Counted from the first letter of the stretch, positions 40,739 to 51,202 are shown. The stretch is DNA of 64,000 bases from Candidatus Shapirobacteria bacterium (GCA_028704635.1 JAQWFB010000002.1:128693-192692); one strand, 5' to 3'. Program-made: numbers and translations. Notes: generated by a model from the sequence alone, not told the origin.

Positions 40739-42082
40739 ATGGATAATATTGAAAGAATTTGGAAAAATACTCAAGAAGAGTTAAAAATAACTCTTGCTCC
40801 AGCTATCTTTCAAACCTTTGTTCTAAAAACCCAATTAATTAGTCTCGAAAACAATCTTGCCATTATCGGTTGCCCTAATACCTACTCTGTTGATTTTAAT
40901 AAAAAACGCCACTACGACATCATTAAAAACGCCCTCGATAATCAAACTAAAAACGACAACACTCTTAATTTTATTGTCCAAGAAAATTTAAAAACTGATT
41001 TTGACACCACCAACAATACTCCACTTTTTTCCTATTCTCCCAACAGAGCTAATAATTCTTTTCTTCACCCCAAATACACTTTTGAAAACCTAATTGTCGG
41101 CAATAGTAATAACTTTGCCTTCGCTGCTGCTCAAGGTATTATTAAAAACCCCGGTCTTTCTTACAATCCTTTCTTTATTTGGGGTGGAGTAGGGGTTGGA
41201 AAAACTCACCTTATGCAAGCTATCGGCCATGAACTTCTTAAAAATAATCCTGATTTAAAAATAAAATATTTCTCCGCCGAAAATTTTGGCAATGAGTTGG
41301 TCAGTGCCCTTAAAACAAAAACCATGAATCAATTTAAAGAAAAATACCGTAATTTAGACTGTATTCTTGTTGACGATATTCAATTTATTGCCGGTAAAGA
41401 ATATACCCAACAAGAATTTTTTCACACTTTTAATGCTCTCCATATGAACGGTAAACAGGTCATTTTAACCTCCGACCGTAAACCTAGCGAGATTGACCAT
41501 CTTGAAGATCGTCTTGTCTCTCGTTTTATGGGTGGATTAACTGTCGACATCCAGCTTCCCGACTATGAAATGCGTATTGCTATTATCAGCCAAAAAATCG
41601 AAGAAAAGGGGATTAATATTACCCCCGAAGCTGTTGAATTTTTAGCCAACAATATTGAATCAAACATTCGTGAAATTGAAGGTAAGCTTCAACAAATTTC
41701 CGTTCAATCTCTTTCTCAACAAACAGAGGAAATTGATCTTTCTTTTGTTCAAAACTTTTTTAATCCAAACCTACGAACCAACACCTACGAACCAACCCCT
41801 AAATTAAACCCTCGTCATATTATCTCTGTCTGCGCTAAACATTTTAATATTAAAACCAGTGACCTTTGTGGAAAAAGTCGCAAGAAAGAATTAGTCACCG
41901 CTCGTCATATTACCGCCTACTTACTTCTAACCCAAATAAACCTACCTTTAGAAGAAGTTGGCCATCTCCTTGGTGGTCGTGACCACACCAGTATTATGCA
42001 CGCTCGAGACAAAATTCAAAGTGACTTTTCCACTAATCCACAAACCCGACAACTTATCAACCAAATTAAAAACACTTTTTAA
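40739..42082 (+). CDS. dnaA: Chromosomal replication initiator DnaA
   Basis: YNPFFIWGGVGVGKTHL, DDIQF, RL.SRF, NIRE.EG, GGRDHTSI. Confidence 0.98.
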   Translation: MDNIERIWKNTQEELKITLAPAIFQTFVLKTQLISLENNLAIIGCPNTYSVDFNKKRHYDIIKNALDNQTKNDNTLNFIVQENLKTDFDTTNNTPLFSYSPNRANNSFLHPKYTFENLIVGNSNNFAFAAAQGIIKNPGLSYNPFFIWGGVGVGKTHLMQAIGHELLKNNPDLKIKYFSAENFGNELVSALKTKTMNQFKEKYRNLDCILVDDIQFIAGKEYTQQEFFHTFNALHMNGKQVILTSDRKPSEIDHLEDRLVSRFMGGLTVDIQLPDYEMRIAIISQKIEEKGINITPEAVEFLANNIESNIREIEGKLQQISVQSLSQQTEEIDLSFVQNFFNPNLRTNTYEPTPKLNPRHIISVCAKHFNIKTSDLCGKSRKKELVTARHITAYLLLTQINLPLEEVGHLLGGRDHTSIMHARDKIQSDFSTNPQTRQLINQIKNTF

Positions 42083-42393
42083 TCCCAAAAAAGTTTTCCA
42101 CTTTCTACCACCACTTATCCACATTTTTATCCACAATCACTATTATCTTTTTCCCCCGAAGTTTACCCAAACTCAAAATCAAATTATAAGCTACAACTAC
42201 TCTTTTTTACCCAACATTCAATCATTTTTTATTTTCTAACACTCTAACTAATTCAATTAGAACACAACTTTCCATTATTTTTAAAACTACCCCACTTATC
42301 AACACTCTCTACTAATCATTACTACTATTTTTGATATTAAATATCTTTATTAACAACCTTTAAACCCAAATCATTTTTTGATAATATAAGTCA
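42083..42393. promoter_or_regulatory. oriC-like region with DnaA boxes and DnaA-trios
   Basis: TTATCCACA at 42115 and 42127. TTATCAACA at 42296 is followed by CTACTAATCATTACTACTA trio repeats (42309-42327) and an AT-rich stretch. Near-consensus boxes also lie upstream of dnaA (40625, 40665). Confidence 0.8.
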
Positions 42394-43512
42394 ATGAAAC
42401 TTTCCCTTTTACAAGAAAATTTAAACACAGCCCTAACCAATGTTTCTCGATTTGTCTCTTCTAAAAATCAACTACCTATATTAAATAATATTTTATTATC
42501 AACCGATAATGGTCGACTTAAACTTTCAGCTACCAACTTAGAATTAAGTATTAATTATTGGATCGGAGCCAAGATCGAAGAAGAGGGGACAATTACTATT
42601 CCTTCAAAAGAAATCACCGAGTTTGTTTCATATTTAACTCCCGGAAAAATCGATCTATCTCTAAAAGGAAACAATCTTTTAAATTTATCTTCATCAAAAA
42701 CCGAGTCAACTTTCACTACTAATCCTTCTACTGATTACCCTGATTTTCCCACTCTCAATCCAGACACCTGTTTTGAACTAGACTTAAATGTTTTAACCCA
42801 AGCCGTTTCCCAAATCGCTTTTTCTGCCGCCACCGACGATACCCGTCCAGTTTTAACTGCCATTCTTTGCCAGTTTACTTCTGATAGTTTAAATTTAGTT
42901 GCCACCGACGGTTTTCGTTTATCTTTTAAAAATATTAAATTAATTAACCCTATTGATTTAAAAACCGACCAAATCACTTTTTTAATTCCTGCCAAAAGCC
43001 TTTTAGAGGTCACTAAACTCGCTAAAACCAACACTAAAATTAAAATAGGCTTAACATCTGATGAACATCAAGTAGTCTTCGTTCTAGACGATGTAGAGTT
43101 GGTCTCTCGACTTATTGAAGGGGAGTATCCCGCCTACCAAAGAATTGTTCCAGAATCTTTTTCCACCAAAGTCTTTCTAAATAAAGACGAATTAACTCAA
43201 GCTGTTAAAATCGCCTCTGTTTTTGCCAAAGAATCAGCCAATATTGTTCGTTTTAATATTAAAACTAATTCTATTGAACTTACTGCTAATGCTCCTCAAA
43301 TTGGCCAAAATAAGGCCACCATTGATGCTAAAATCGAAGGCGAAACCCTGGAAATTGCCTTTAATTATAAATTCTTAATGGATTTTCTCAGTGTTTGCAA
43401 AAGCCAAGAAATTATTATTGAATTAAACGAATCCTTAACCCCAGCCTTTTTTCATGACCAATCAGATAAAGATTTTTCTCACATCATCATGCCTGTCCGT
43501 CTCCAAGACTAA
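42394..43512 (+). CDS. dnaN: DNA polymerase III beta clamp
   Basis: LSATNLE, RPVLT, VATDGFRL, SRLIEG.YP.Y..I.P, IMPVR. Confidence 0.97.
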   Translation: MKLSLLQENLNTALTNVSRFVSSKNQLPILNNILLSTDNGRLKLSATNLELSINYWIGAKIEEEGTITIPSKEITEFVSYLTPGKIDLSLKGNNLLNLSSSKTESTFTTNPSTDYPDFPTLNPDTCFELDLNVLTQAVSQIAFSAATDDTRPVLTAILCQFTSDSLNLVATDGFRLSFKNIKLINPIDLKTDQITFLIPAKSLLEVTKLAKTNTKIKIGLTSDEHQVVFVLDDVELVSRLIEGEYPAYQRIVPESFSTKVFLNKDELTQAVKIASVFAKESANIVRFNIKTNSIELTANAPQIGQNKATIDAKIEGETLEIAFNYKFLMDFLSVCKSQEIIIELNESLTPAFFHDQSDKDFSHIIMPVRLQD

Positions 43513-43603
43513 TTTATTGCCCGTAAATAATTTTAACAATCAACATTATTACCACCATCAGACCTAAAAAAAATAATATTTGATATTTTTTAATTAAATT
43601 CAT

Positions 43604-44035
43604 TTAGTCTTTAACTCTAAATTCAATTTCATGGTTAGGTGGATTTATATCTTTACTTATTATCCATTTATTAATCAATTCTTTTATTTCTTCCTGATTT
43701 TCACTTTTTGAAACATAAACCACCAAAGTCATATTTTTAATATAATGACTAATTTTAAATCGATCAGTTTCGTAAGGTAGGCTCTCCCATAATGGGTGAG
43801 TTGTTAAATAATCATCAGATTCCTTTTTATTCTGTTTCACTTCTTCTTCATTTGGATTAATTAACTCTTCTCCCAGCTCTGAAGCAGTTTTGGTCGGAAT
43901 CGGAGATATTGTAATTTGATTGATTGTTTCATTTATCTTATTATTCTTATTTTGTTCCCAAAACAATAACCAAAAGATTAAAACTAATAAAACAACACCA
44001 ATTATTATCAATATTATTTTTTTTAAATTTGACAT
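43604..44035 (-). CDS. Single-TM hypothetical protein (last gene of the T4SS block)
   Basis: N-terminal TM. Its start overlaps the stop of the upstream CHAP gene. Confidence 0.65.
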   Translation of the reverse strand: MSNLKKIILIIIGVVLLVLIFWLLFWEQNKNNKINETINQITISPIPTKTASELGEELINPNEEEVKQNKKESDDYLTTHPLWESLPYETDRFKISHYIKNMTLVVYVSKSENQEEIKELINKWIISKDINPPNHEIEFRVKD

Positions 44036-45963
44036 TAGTTACAATTCCATACTATCGCATTTTTTCCTCTAATATAATCATCAATATTATCTCCAGCCAT
44101 ATTTCTAATTCCTCCTCTACCATCCCAATTAGCTTCAGATAATACAAAACTTCTATCTGTCCTTAATACCGACAACACTTGTATATGGTGATAACTTGTT
44201 GGGAAATGAATAAAATCACCGGCACCAGCTTGGGTTGAACTAACTTCAGCACATACATTGTTTCCATACCACCAATATGATCTTCCTATTGTTCCTTGAC
44301 GTAATTTTTGATTAGTCGCTTGAGCAAAAATAATACATTGAAGATTGCCAGAACTAGAGGTTCCGTTGATTCCAATAGAACTGTCTATTGTTTGAATAAA
44401 AAAATTTTTATTAAAACCAGATATTGGTGTCCAATTATTAATACTGTTTTTAACAAACCCCCAATTTCCAGAATTAACATTTTTTACTCCCAAATTATTC
44501 AAATAAAAAACCAAATTACAGGCATTACTTTGATTACAATCCTCAATAAATTGCGGGCTGGATATGTTTGAAGTTAAACTTGAATCATCATAAACACTTT
44601 TGGGTGGCACTAAACTTGAAACCGAATTTCCCAACAACATCTGGTATCCAAATAACCCCCCAAAAACCAAAAGTAATATTGGCCCCACTGCCGCCGCCGA
44701 TATCGCTCCAATTAAAAGAAACGGCAAACCCACCACAAACATCCCACCACCAATAATTGCTCCACCTACTTTTCCAAAATTTTCTTCTAAACCTTTTTTA
44801 ATTCCTATTCCCAGTTTTTCCGCTATTTTACTAACTGCATTTTTTAACATTTTAGCCGCCGCCGCCACCGCTACCACAATCGCCCCTATTCCAGTTGCCG
44901 AAACTGCTGCTGCCCCAGCTGCGGTTACTGCTCCTGCCGCCGCCGCAGTACCAGTCGTTGCTGCTGCTTTAACTCCACCACCTAAAATTCCACTTAAAAC
45001 TGTGGAAATTCCTTTTTGAAATCCTTGTTCCGCTATTACCCCTAAAGAATTTTTTGCAAACTCACCCACTGCCTGATTTCCAATTTTAGTTACCAATTTT
45101 TGACCAGCCCCAGACATTGTCTTGTTTAGCCATCCTCCCGTCAATTTATCCACTCTTCCATACCAACCTAAATAACCTTGAGTTTTAGAAAATAAATTAC
45201 TCACACCTTGATCATTAAAACCAGAAATTACATTCTCAAATGACCGTGTCTCTTTTATATTTCCTGGCAAATTAACGTTTTTTAAAATACCCTTAATTGA
45301 TTCATGTTTATTTTTAATCCCTTTTACTTCTTCCGGCTTTTTAGTTAAAAAATTAGTCACTCCTCTTAAATCAGTCCAAGCATTTTCCAGCTTACCTGGA
45401 CTATATGTTTGGTTATTGGCTTGTAGTGCCTCGTCTTTATGCTCATCAATTATACTTTCACTGAAATATATTTCCGAAACTAATTTACCATATGCCCTCA
45501 CATTATTCGATTCTTCTGCCTTCAAATCGGGATTCAATTTTTTAGTTTCTTCTAATAGTTTTTTTTCAAAAACTTCCTTTTTAAATTCATTTACTTCACC
45601 TATGTTTTCTTCTTTCCACCTATCAATTTCAATTTTTATTTTTTTTACCTCAATTTCCGTTCCTTGCTTGTCTTCCACTATTAAATTTTTAGAAATCACT
45701 TCTATTAGATCTTTTATTTCTTCTCCACTGGTTTTTACTTCTTCTTCTCCAATAATAGATTTAATTTTAGATTCAAGTTCATTTTTTAAATTATCATCTC
45801 CATTCAAATTTTTCGTTATTTTTTCACTTACTTCTACTACTTTCTGTTCAACCGGATTTTTATTTTTTCTGTAATCATCTATATTAAAAACTTTTACACC
45901 ACCAGAAAAATTATCTTGATCAATATCTTGTAAAGCTGAACTTCCGTCCGTTCTATTTGCCAT
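44035..45963 (-). CDS. Coiled-coil/Gly-Ala-rich membrane protein with a C-terminal CHAP-like amidase domain (VirB1-analog candidate)
   Basis: Charged N-terminus, Ala/Gly hydrophobic tract, C-terminal LQCIIFA...GD.I.F...HI.V......SEANW. Confidence 0.65.
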   Translation of the reverse strand: MANRTDGSSALQDIDQDNFSGGVKVFNIDDYRKNKNPVEQKVVEVSEKITKNLNGDDNLKNELESKIKSIIGEEEVKTSGEEIKDLIEVISKNLIVEDKQGTEIEVKKIKIEIDRWKEENIGEVNEFKKEVFEKKLLEETKKLNPDLKAEESNNVRAYGKLVSEIYFSESIIDEHKDEALQANNQTYSPGKLENAWTDLRGVTNFLTKKPEEVKGIKNKHESIKGILKNVNLPGNIKETRSFENVISGFNDQGVSNLFSKTQGYLGWYGRVDKLTGGWLNKTMSGAGQKLVTKIGNQAVGEFAKNSLGVIAEQGFQKGISTVLSGILGGGVKAAATTGTAAAAGAVTAAGAAAVSATGIGAIVVAVAAAAKMLKNAVSKIAEKLGIGIKKGLEENFGKVGGAIIGGGMFVVGLPFLLIGAISAAAVGPILLLVFGGLFGYQMLLGNSVSSLVPPKSVYDDSSLTSNISSPQFIEDCNQSNACNLVFYLNNLGVKNVNSGNWGFVKNSINNWTPISGFNKNFFIQTIDSSIGINGTSSSGNLQCIIFAQATNQKLRQGTIGRSYWWYGNNVCAEVSSTQAGAGDFIHFPTSYHHIQVLSVLRTDRSFVLSEANWDGRGGIRNMAGDNIDDYIRGKNAIVWNCN

Positions 45964-45981
45964 TACCAAATTATATCAACC

Positions 45982-48570
45982 TTAAACAATCCCGTCTCCA
46001 AATAATTTATCATAATCCATTTTATTGTCTTCTTTTTTAATTTCTCCCATATTTTTTTGCCCTCCATTTTCAAGGGAGGGTGACCCCGCAGCTGCGGGGG
46101 CGGGTGGGTTTATTTCAAACACCGGCTGCGGTTTTCTCGCTAATTGAGGTGGCTGAGGTATTCGCTGTTCCTCAGTTTTAATAAAAATTGGTTTTTTTAT
46201 CTCATTTTGGTCAACCGCTACTTCTGGTCTTTTAAATAATACTGATTCAGTTTTCATTTCCGGTTTCACTTCCATCATTTCAATTTTCCTGTCAATAGAA
46301 TTATTTTGTGGCAACACTACTGGAGGTTTTTCATTAACTTCCACTGTTTTTAAATCCAAGACATCAACTTTAGGGGTAAAATTAACAGTTTTAATTTCTG
46401 TAGTTTTTAAAGGTTCCTCTTTATCAAATGGAACTAGTCCTACAGCTGTCGAGACAGAGGGGTTCTGAACTGGTTTTACTTCAATCGGCTTAATTTGAGG
46501 CTCCACTACCGGTTTAACTTGAACCGGAATTTTGTTTTCAATCTCTACCGTTTTTATTTCTGGAATATTAATTTTTGGTGCTACTTCAACTTTTTGCGGT
46601 TCAACAGGTTTATTTATTGGAGGTAATGTCGATGGAAATGTTTTGAAATCTTCCTTGTCTCGGACATAATCCGATCCGCCTGTGGCGGAAAAAGGAGATT
46701 TAGAGGGATTTTGAAATGGTTTCGTTTCTATTGGCTTAATTGGTGGCTTCATTCCATTATTTGGCTTTTGATCACTCAAAAAACTTTGCTTTTTTAAGAT
46801 ATCTTCCGGATTTGAAGTAATCAAATTATGTTCATCCACCGAAGCAATTATTTGAATTGCCACATGATTTTGACCAGCAAAAAAGATTCCTTCACCTTTA
46901 CTTGCTGATAATAATAATTGCTTTTCTCCATCACTCAAATAAAATACCTCACCAATTTGATCAATCGCCGCACTATGCTGTTTTAATAAAATTTGAATTG
47001 AGCTATTAGTCACTATTTCTTTACCATAAGCAGTCCTTAAAAAGTCATCCACGTCCTGAGTTATTGTTGTTACTCCCAAATAATATTTTCTTCCTCTTTT
47101 AACAATTCCTCTCAAAAATTCCGCCGAATCATCATGTTGCATTAAATACCAGGCTTCATCCACCACTAATATTCTTTTTTTCAATGTTTTTTTAACCATT
47201 GTCCAGATATAATCCAAAATAATTTGCATTGCCACTGGTCTTAATGCGTCCTCTAAGTTTCTAATTCCAAAAACCACAAATTTATTCGTTAAATTAACTG
47301 TTGTTTTTTGATTAAAAATCCCCGAAAACGACCCTTTAATATATTTTTCCAGTCTGGCTGCCAACCCTTTGGCCTTTTCATCCTCCATCCCAATCAAAGA
47401 TTTGTATAAATCTTCAATTAATGGTGGTTCTTTGTCTTGAGTTGCTGGATCAGGAGTAATCCCTTTCATTTTATAAGCATCCATCATTGCTCGATCCATA
47501 ATCGATTCTTCAATTGGATCCATCTCACCCAACATCACTTTTAATAATTTATGTAAAGATAAAATTTTAGTATTTAAACCATTTTCACCTTGTTCTTCAG
47601 CTAAAGTTAAATCAAACGGATTAATTTTAGAACCTTCACCATAACCGAAGGCAATATATTGACCGCCAGAATTATCACACAATTCCTTATATTCATTTTC
47701 TGGGTCAATTACAATAATATCTGTCCCCATCATTAATGATCGAAGAACTTCCAATTTAATCAAATAAGACTTACCAGCCCCAGCCATAGCAAAAACCACT
47801 GAGTTATAATTTGGCATTGAAAATCTATCAAAAATTACCAACGATCCATTATGCATATTAATTCCATACATTATTCCCTGATCATCCGATAAATCTGATG
47901 ACACAAAAGGGAAAGTAGTTGCCAAAGAAGTCGTATCCATATTTCGACTAATTGCCAATCTGTCTTGGCAAATCGGCAAAGTTGACACAAACCCATCTTC
48001 CATTTGCAACGTTGCCTTTTTACTTATAATCAACAATGCCCCCAAGGCTGCTTCTAAATTTTTATTCACTCTATCCAATTCCACCACTGAATCCGCTGTT
48101 ATTGTCACATAAAGTCCAAATTGAAAAAATCTTTCTTCACCTTTAACCAAATTAGCTTGTAAATTTAACGCATCCTCTAATTTTGCCTGTGTTGCCGGAT
48201 TAATCAATCGACCCCTTTGAATATCAGTGCTCAGCTCGGCTTCCATTTCTGTAATTTTTCGTCGAAGATCATCTAAAACTTCCTTTCCATCGGTTGGATA
48301 AATAAACATTGAAATATTTAAAGAAGAATCAAAATTAATCAACGATGATAGCCAATTAATTCCTACAAATCTTGGATATGCCGCCACAAATAAAGTTCGA
48401 TAATATTTATTATCAATTCTAATATGATTAAAATCCACTTCTAGAGCCGATGGGGCAATTATATCCTTAGTTGTTACCAACCCTTGAGTAAATTCTCTTT
48501 TATTAGGATCCACTATCGGTGTTGGTTCTGAATTATTTGCTGTTGTATTTTTTTTATTAAAAAATTTCAT
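45982..48570 (-). CDS. VirB4-like T4SS ATPase with a long low-complexity C-terminal tail
   Basis: N.VVFAMAGAGKSY, VIDPENEY, INPFD, VVDEAW, RKY...TITQDV.DF. Confidence 0.9.
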   Translation of the reverse strand: MKFFNKKNTTANNSEPTPIVDPNKREFTQGLVTTKDIIAPSALEVDFNHIRIDNKYYRTLFVAAYPRFVGINWLSSLINFDSSLNISMFIYPTDGKEVLDDLRRKITEMEAELSTDIQRGRLINPATQAKLEDALNLQANLVKGEERFFQFGLYVTITADSVVELDRVNKNLEAALGALLIISKKATLQMEDGFVSTLPICQDRLAISRNMDTTSLATTFPFVSSDLSDDQGIMYGINMHNGSLVIFDRFSMPNYNSVVFAMAGAGKSYLIKLEVLRSLMMGTDIIVIDPENEYKELCDNSGGQYIAFGYGEGSKINPFDLTLAEEQGENGLNTKILSLHKLLKVMLGEMDPIEESIMDRAMMDAYKMKGITPDPATQDKEPPLIEDLYKSLIGMEDEKAKGLAARLEKYIKGSFSGIFNQKTTVNLTNKFVVFGIRNLEDALRPVAMQIILDYIWTMVKKTLKKRILVVDEAWYLMQHDDSAEFLRGIVKRGRKYYLGVTTITQDVDDFLRTAYGKEIVTNSSIQILLKQHSAAIDQIGEVFYLSDGEKQLLLSASKGEGIFFAGQNHVAIQIIASVDEHNLITSNPEDILKKQSFLSDQKPNNGMKPPIKPIETKPFQNPSKSPFSATGGSDYVRDKEDFKTFPSTLPPINKPVEPQKVEVAPKINIPEIKTVEIENKIPVQVKPVVEPQIKPIEVKPVQNPSVSTAVGLVPFDKEEPLKTTEIKTVNFTPKVDVLDLKTVEVNEKPPVVLPQNNSIDRKIEMMEVKPEMKTESVLFKRPEVAVDQNEIKKPIFIKTEEQRIPQPPQLARKPQPVFEINPPAPAAAGSPSLENGGQKNMGEIKKEDNKMDYDKLFGDGIV
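46059..46712 (+). repeat. Three family A elements in-frame in the VirB4 tail
   Basis: Copies at 46059-46111, 46412-46465 (degenerate) and 46648-46712 (composite). Confidence 0.7.
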
Positions 48571-49274
48571 TACAATTGTCCTCCTGTAACCACCGGTGCT
48601 TGATAATTTACATTCTGAACCTTTTGATTAATGGCCGTTTCTTCATTGTAAGTTCGATAAAAAAGATCAATTATTTCCTTATTACTCAAAGGTTTTATCT
48701 CTAATCCTAATCTTGAAAAAAGCCTTAATAAATGATCTCTTTTTGGCTCCAAATTAGCCTTGGCCTTTTCTAAAATATATTCCTTAGTAAAGGGTAATTC
48801 TTGACTCTTCCCTTGTGATAAAAACATTTTTACTCCTTTAACTCCACCAGTTTTAATTCCCAATTCTAAAGATGAAAAAGTAATAGCAATATAAAATGAT
48901 TTTGATAAAATATCACTTTTTTTAACTGTTTCTTCAATAAATTTTCTGTATTGACTAATTCTCTCTTTAAGACGCGGATTTAATTGTTTTTCTTCCATGT
49001 TCTGTAAATTTTTTAAATAAGAACTTACATCTTTAGCATGTGATTGAATAATAATTTGTATTGGAAAATTTAAAGAATTTATAATTCCTCCATATGCAAA
49101 GACTAATGCCGACTGTTCTGGTTCTGATAATAAATCGAAATTAACCGATGATACGCTTAAAACCGTCGAACAAGACCCATCCTTCATAATCACAATCCCA
49201 TCAATTACATCTTCTATTGGTAAATGTTCCTGGGTACTTCCTTTAATGGCAATTTTTAATGGATCTGTTGACAT
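48570..49274 (-). CDS. TraC/VirB4-associated N-terminal-like T4SS protein
   Basis: STQ.HL.I..V.DG..., SVNFDLLS..EQ......INSL.FPIQI. Located between prgI-like and virB4-like genes. Confidence 0.7.
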   Translation of the reverse strand: MSTDPLKIAIKGSTQEHLPIEDVIDGIVIMKDGSCSTVLSVSSVNFDLLSEPEQSALVFAYGGIINSLNFPIQIIIQSHAKDVSSYLKNLQNMEEKQLNPRLKERISQYRKFIEETVKKSDILSKSFYIAITFSSLELGIKTGGVKGVKMFLSQGKSQELPFTKEYILEKAKANLEPKRDHLLRLFSRLGLEIKPLSNKEIIDLFYRTYNEETAINQKVQNVNYQAPVVTGGQL

Positions 49275-49277
49275 ATT

Positions 49278-50189
49278 TTAATTATTAGAAATAATCCTAA
49301 TTGGTTGAACTATTTGATTTTTTAAATCTATATTAACTCTATCAAAATTATAACCATCTTTCTCTGCAATTATTAGATATCTACCATTTGCTAAAGGTGT
49401 CGTTGTTTTAAACTGACCTAAAGAATTTGTTTTCAACACTCTCGAAGGATTTCCATTTTCATCTTGGACCTCAATAATTACCCCGTCAATTATTTTCCCT
49501 TCGATATTTGTTGCCATACCTACCACCACATTAGGTATTTCCGGAATATCTGGCATTGGAATAGAACCGAAAACCGCCTTTCCTGTTGCTCCTAGCTTTT
49601 CTGTTTTAAGATTCAAATTTGCCTTAGTATCTCTCCAATCTTCCATTTTTATTTCACTTTTTTCATCTGGTTTTTCATCTATTACCGGTTTCTGTTCTAC
49701 GATTACCTTCTTAACCTCAGACTTACTCTCAAGTTCTATATTAATTTTCTTCTTAATTTCTTTCTCTTTTGCTCCAATTACACTTATTTCATCTTTTATT
49801 TTATTTCCCAAAAGATTAGATTTAACCCTATTAACCATCACCATATCCTCTTCATTTTGTTTTATGTTTTTGGTTAAATCTAAATCAAGCCAATTTTTAT
49901 CAGCTTTTCTTCGGTAAATATAAATTGTTGGTGAATAAATTGCTTTCAAAAAAGAAAGAACCCATACCTCTAATGGTCTATCCTCAAAAGGTACAAAAGC
50001 CAAAGCTAATCCACCTCCAGCTAAAAACAACATTAATGGCCATTTAACTAAAATTATTAACTTAGTTGAATTAACCATTATTGCCAAAATTATTCCTACA
50101 GCCGCCTTTAAAAATTGTTTTAATGTCATGTCTCCCACGAGTTTAAATTCATAGGATGTTATTTGTTGTGGAATCGGGTGTTGTTCCAT
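49278..50189 (-). CDS. PrgI-family (VirB3-like) protein with a C-terminal beta-sandwich domain
   Basis: MEQHPIPQQI..YEFKLVG.MTLKQF, two TMs, DRPLE.W, C-terminal TN..G.F...L..G.Y...AEK.GY. Confidence 0.8.
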   Translation of the reverse strand: MEQHPIPQQITSYEFKLVGDMTLKQFLKAAVGIILAIMVNSTKLIILVKWPLMLFLAGGGLALAFVPFEDRPLEVWVLSFLKAIYSPTIYIYRRKADKNWLDLDLTKNIKQNEEDMVMVNRVKSNLLGNKIKDEISVIGAKEKEIKKKINIELESKSEVKKVIVEQKPVIDEKPDEKSEIKMEDWRDTKANLNLKTEKLGATGKAVFGSIPMPDIPEIPNVVVGMATNIEGKIIDGVIIEVQDENGNPSRVLKTNSLGQFKTTTPLANGRYLIIAEKDGYNFDRVNIDLKNQIVQPIRIISNN

Positions 50190-50257
50190 TTCTTAATTCT
50201 ACCAACAAATTTCAACTTGATAAACCTGATGAACTTTAAAACTTGATAAACTACCTT

Positions 50258-51202
50258 ATGTCCAAATTAGTCATCGTCGACGGTCATGCCATTATTCATC
50301 GCGCCTATCATTCAATTCCACCTTTAACTTCCAACGGTCAACCTGTCAACGGTCTCTATGGTTTTTATTCCATGCTCCTTACCGCCATTAATAATCTTAA
50401 CCCTAAATATTTAGTTGTTTGTCTTGACTCGCCTGGTCCCAATTTTCGCAACCATGAATTTTTAGGTTATCGAGCTAAACGCAAACCCGCCGATTCTGAT
50501 TTAATTTCTCAATTACCTCTTTTAAAATCAACCCTAGAACAGGCCAATATTGCCACTTTTTCTATGGGCGGTTTTGAGGCCGATGATTTAATTGCTGCCA
50601 TTACCGCCAAAGCTCTTAAAAAAATAAATAAAAATAAAAAGAAGTTGGTTAATGAGGTTGTTATTATCACTGGTGATAAAGACTTAATGCAATTGGTTGA
50701 TAAAAAAGTTTCTCTTTTTGTCCCTATTCGCGGCCTTTCTGAAACTAAGATTTTTAAACCAGAAGATGTTCAAGAAAAACTCGGTGTTTTACCCACCCAA
50801 GTTGTTGATCTTAAAGCTTTAATGGGGGATATGTCTGACAATTACCCTGGTGTGGCTGGTATTGGCCCCAAAGTGGCCACCGATCTTCTTTCTGAATATC
50901 AAAACTTAAATAACATTTATCAAAATCTCGACCAAATTAAACCTTCTATTCGAGAAAAATTAGAAAAAGATAAAGACAACGCCTATCTTTCACAAAAATT
51001 AGCCACCTTAGTTAGCAACATTCCTCTCGATTTTAAACTCTCTTCTGCTAAATTAACCTCATCTTCTTTCCAAAAATTAATTTCCCTTTTTAAAATTTAT
51101 AATTTTAAATCTCTTATTCAACGAGTCGAAAAACAAAACCCAACTAGTATTAAAATTAATCATAAAAATGAAATCCAAACATACCAAACCTCATTATTCT
51201 AA
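50258..51202 (+). CDS. Stand-alone 5'-3' exonuclease/flap endonuclease (PolA N-terminal-like)
   Basis: VDGH.IIHRAYH, FEADD, TGDKD..QL, LMGD.SDNYPGV.GIG.K.A. No polymerase domain. Confidence 0.9.
   Translation: MSKLVIVDGHAIIHRAYHSIPPLTSNGQPVNGLYGFYSMLLTAINNLNPKYLVVCLDSPGPNFRNHEFLGYRAKRKPADSDLISQLPLLKSTLEQANIATFSMGGFEADDLIAAITAKALKKINKNKKKLVNEVVIITGDKDLMQLVDKKVSLFVPIRGLSETKIFKPEDVQEKLGVLPTQVVDLKALMGDMSDNYPGVAGIGPKVATDLLSEYQNLNNIYQNLDQIKPSIREKLEKDKDNAYLSQKLATLVSNIPLDFKLSSAKLTSSSFQKLISLFKIYNFKSLIQRVEKQNPTSIKINHKNEIQTYQTSLF

Noticed and set aside
43604-50189. Integrative conjugative element or prophage
   Set aside because: No integrase, relaxase, att repeats or phage structural genes, and the composition matches the core genome.
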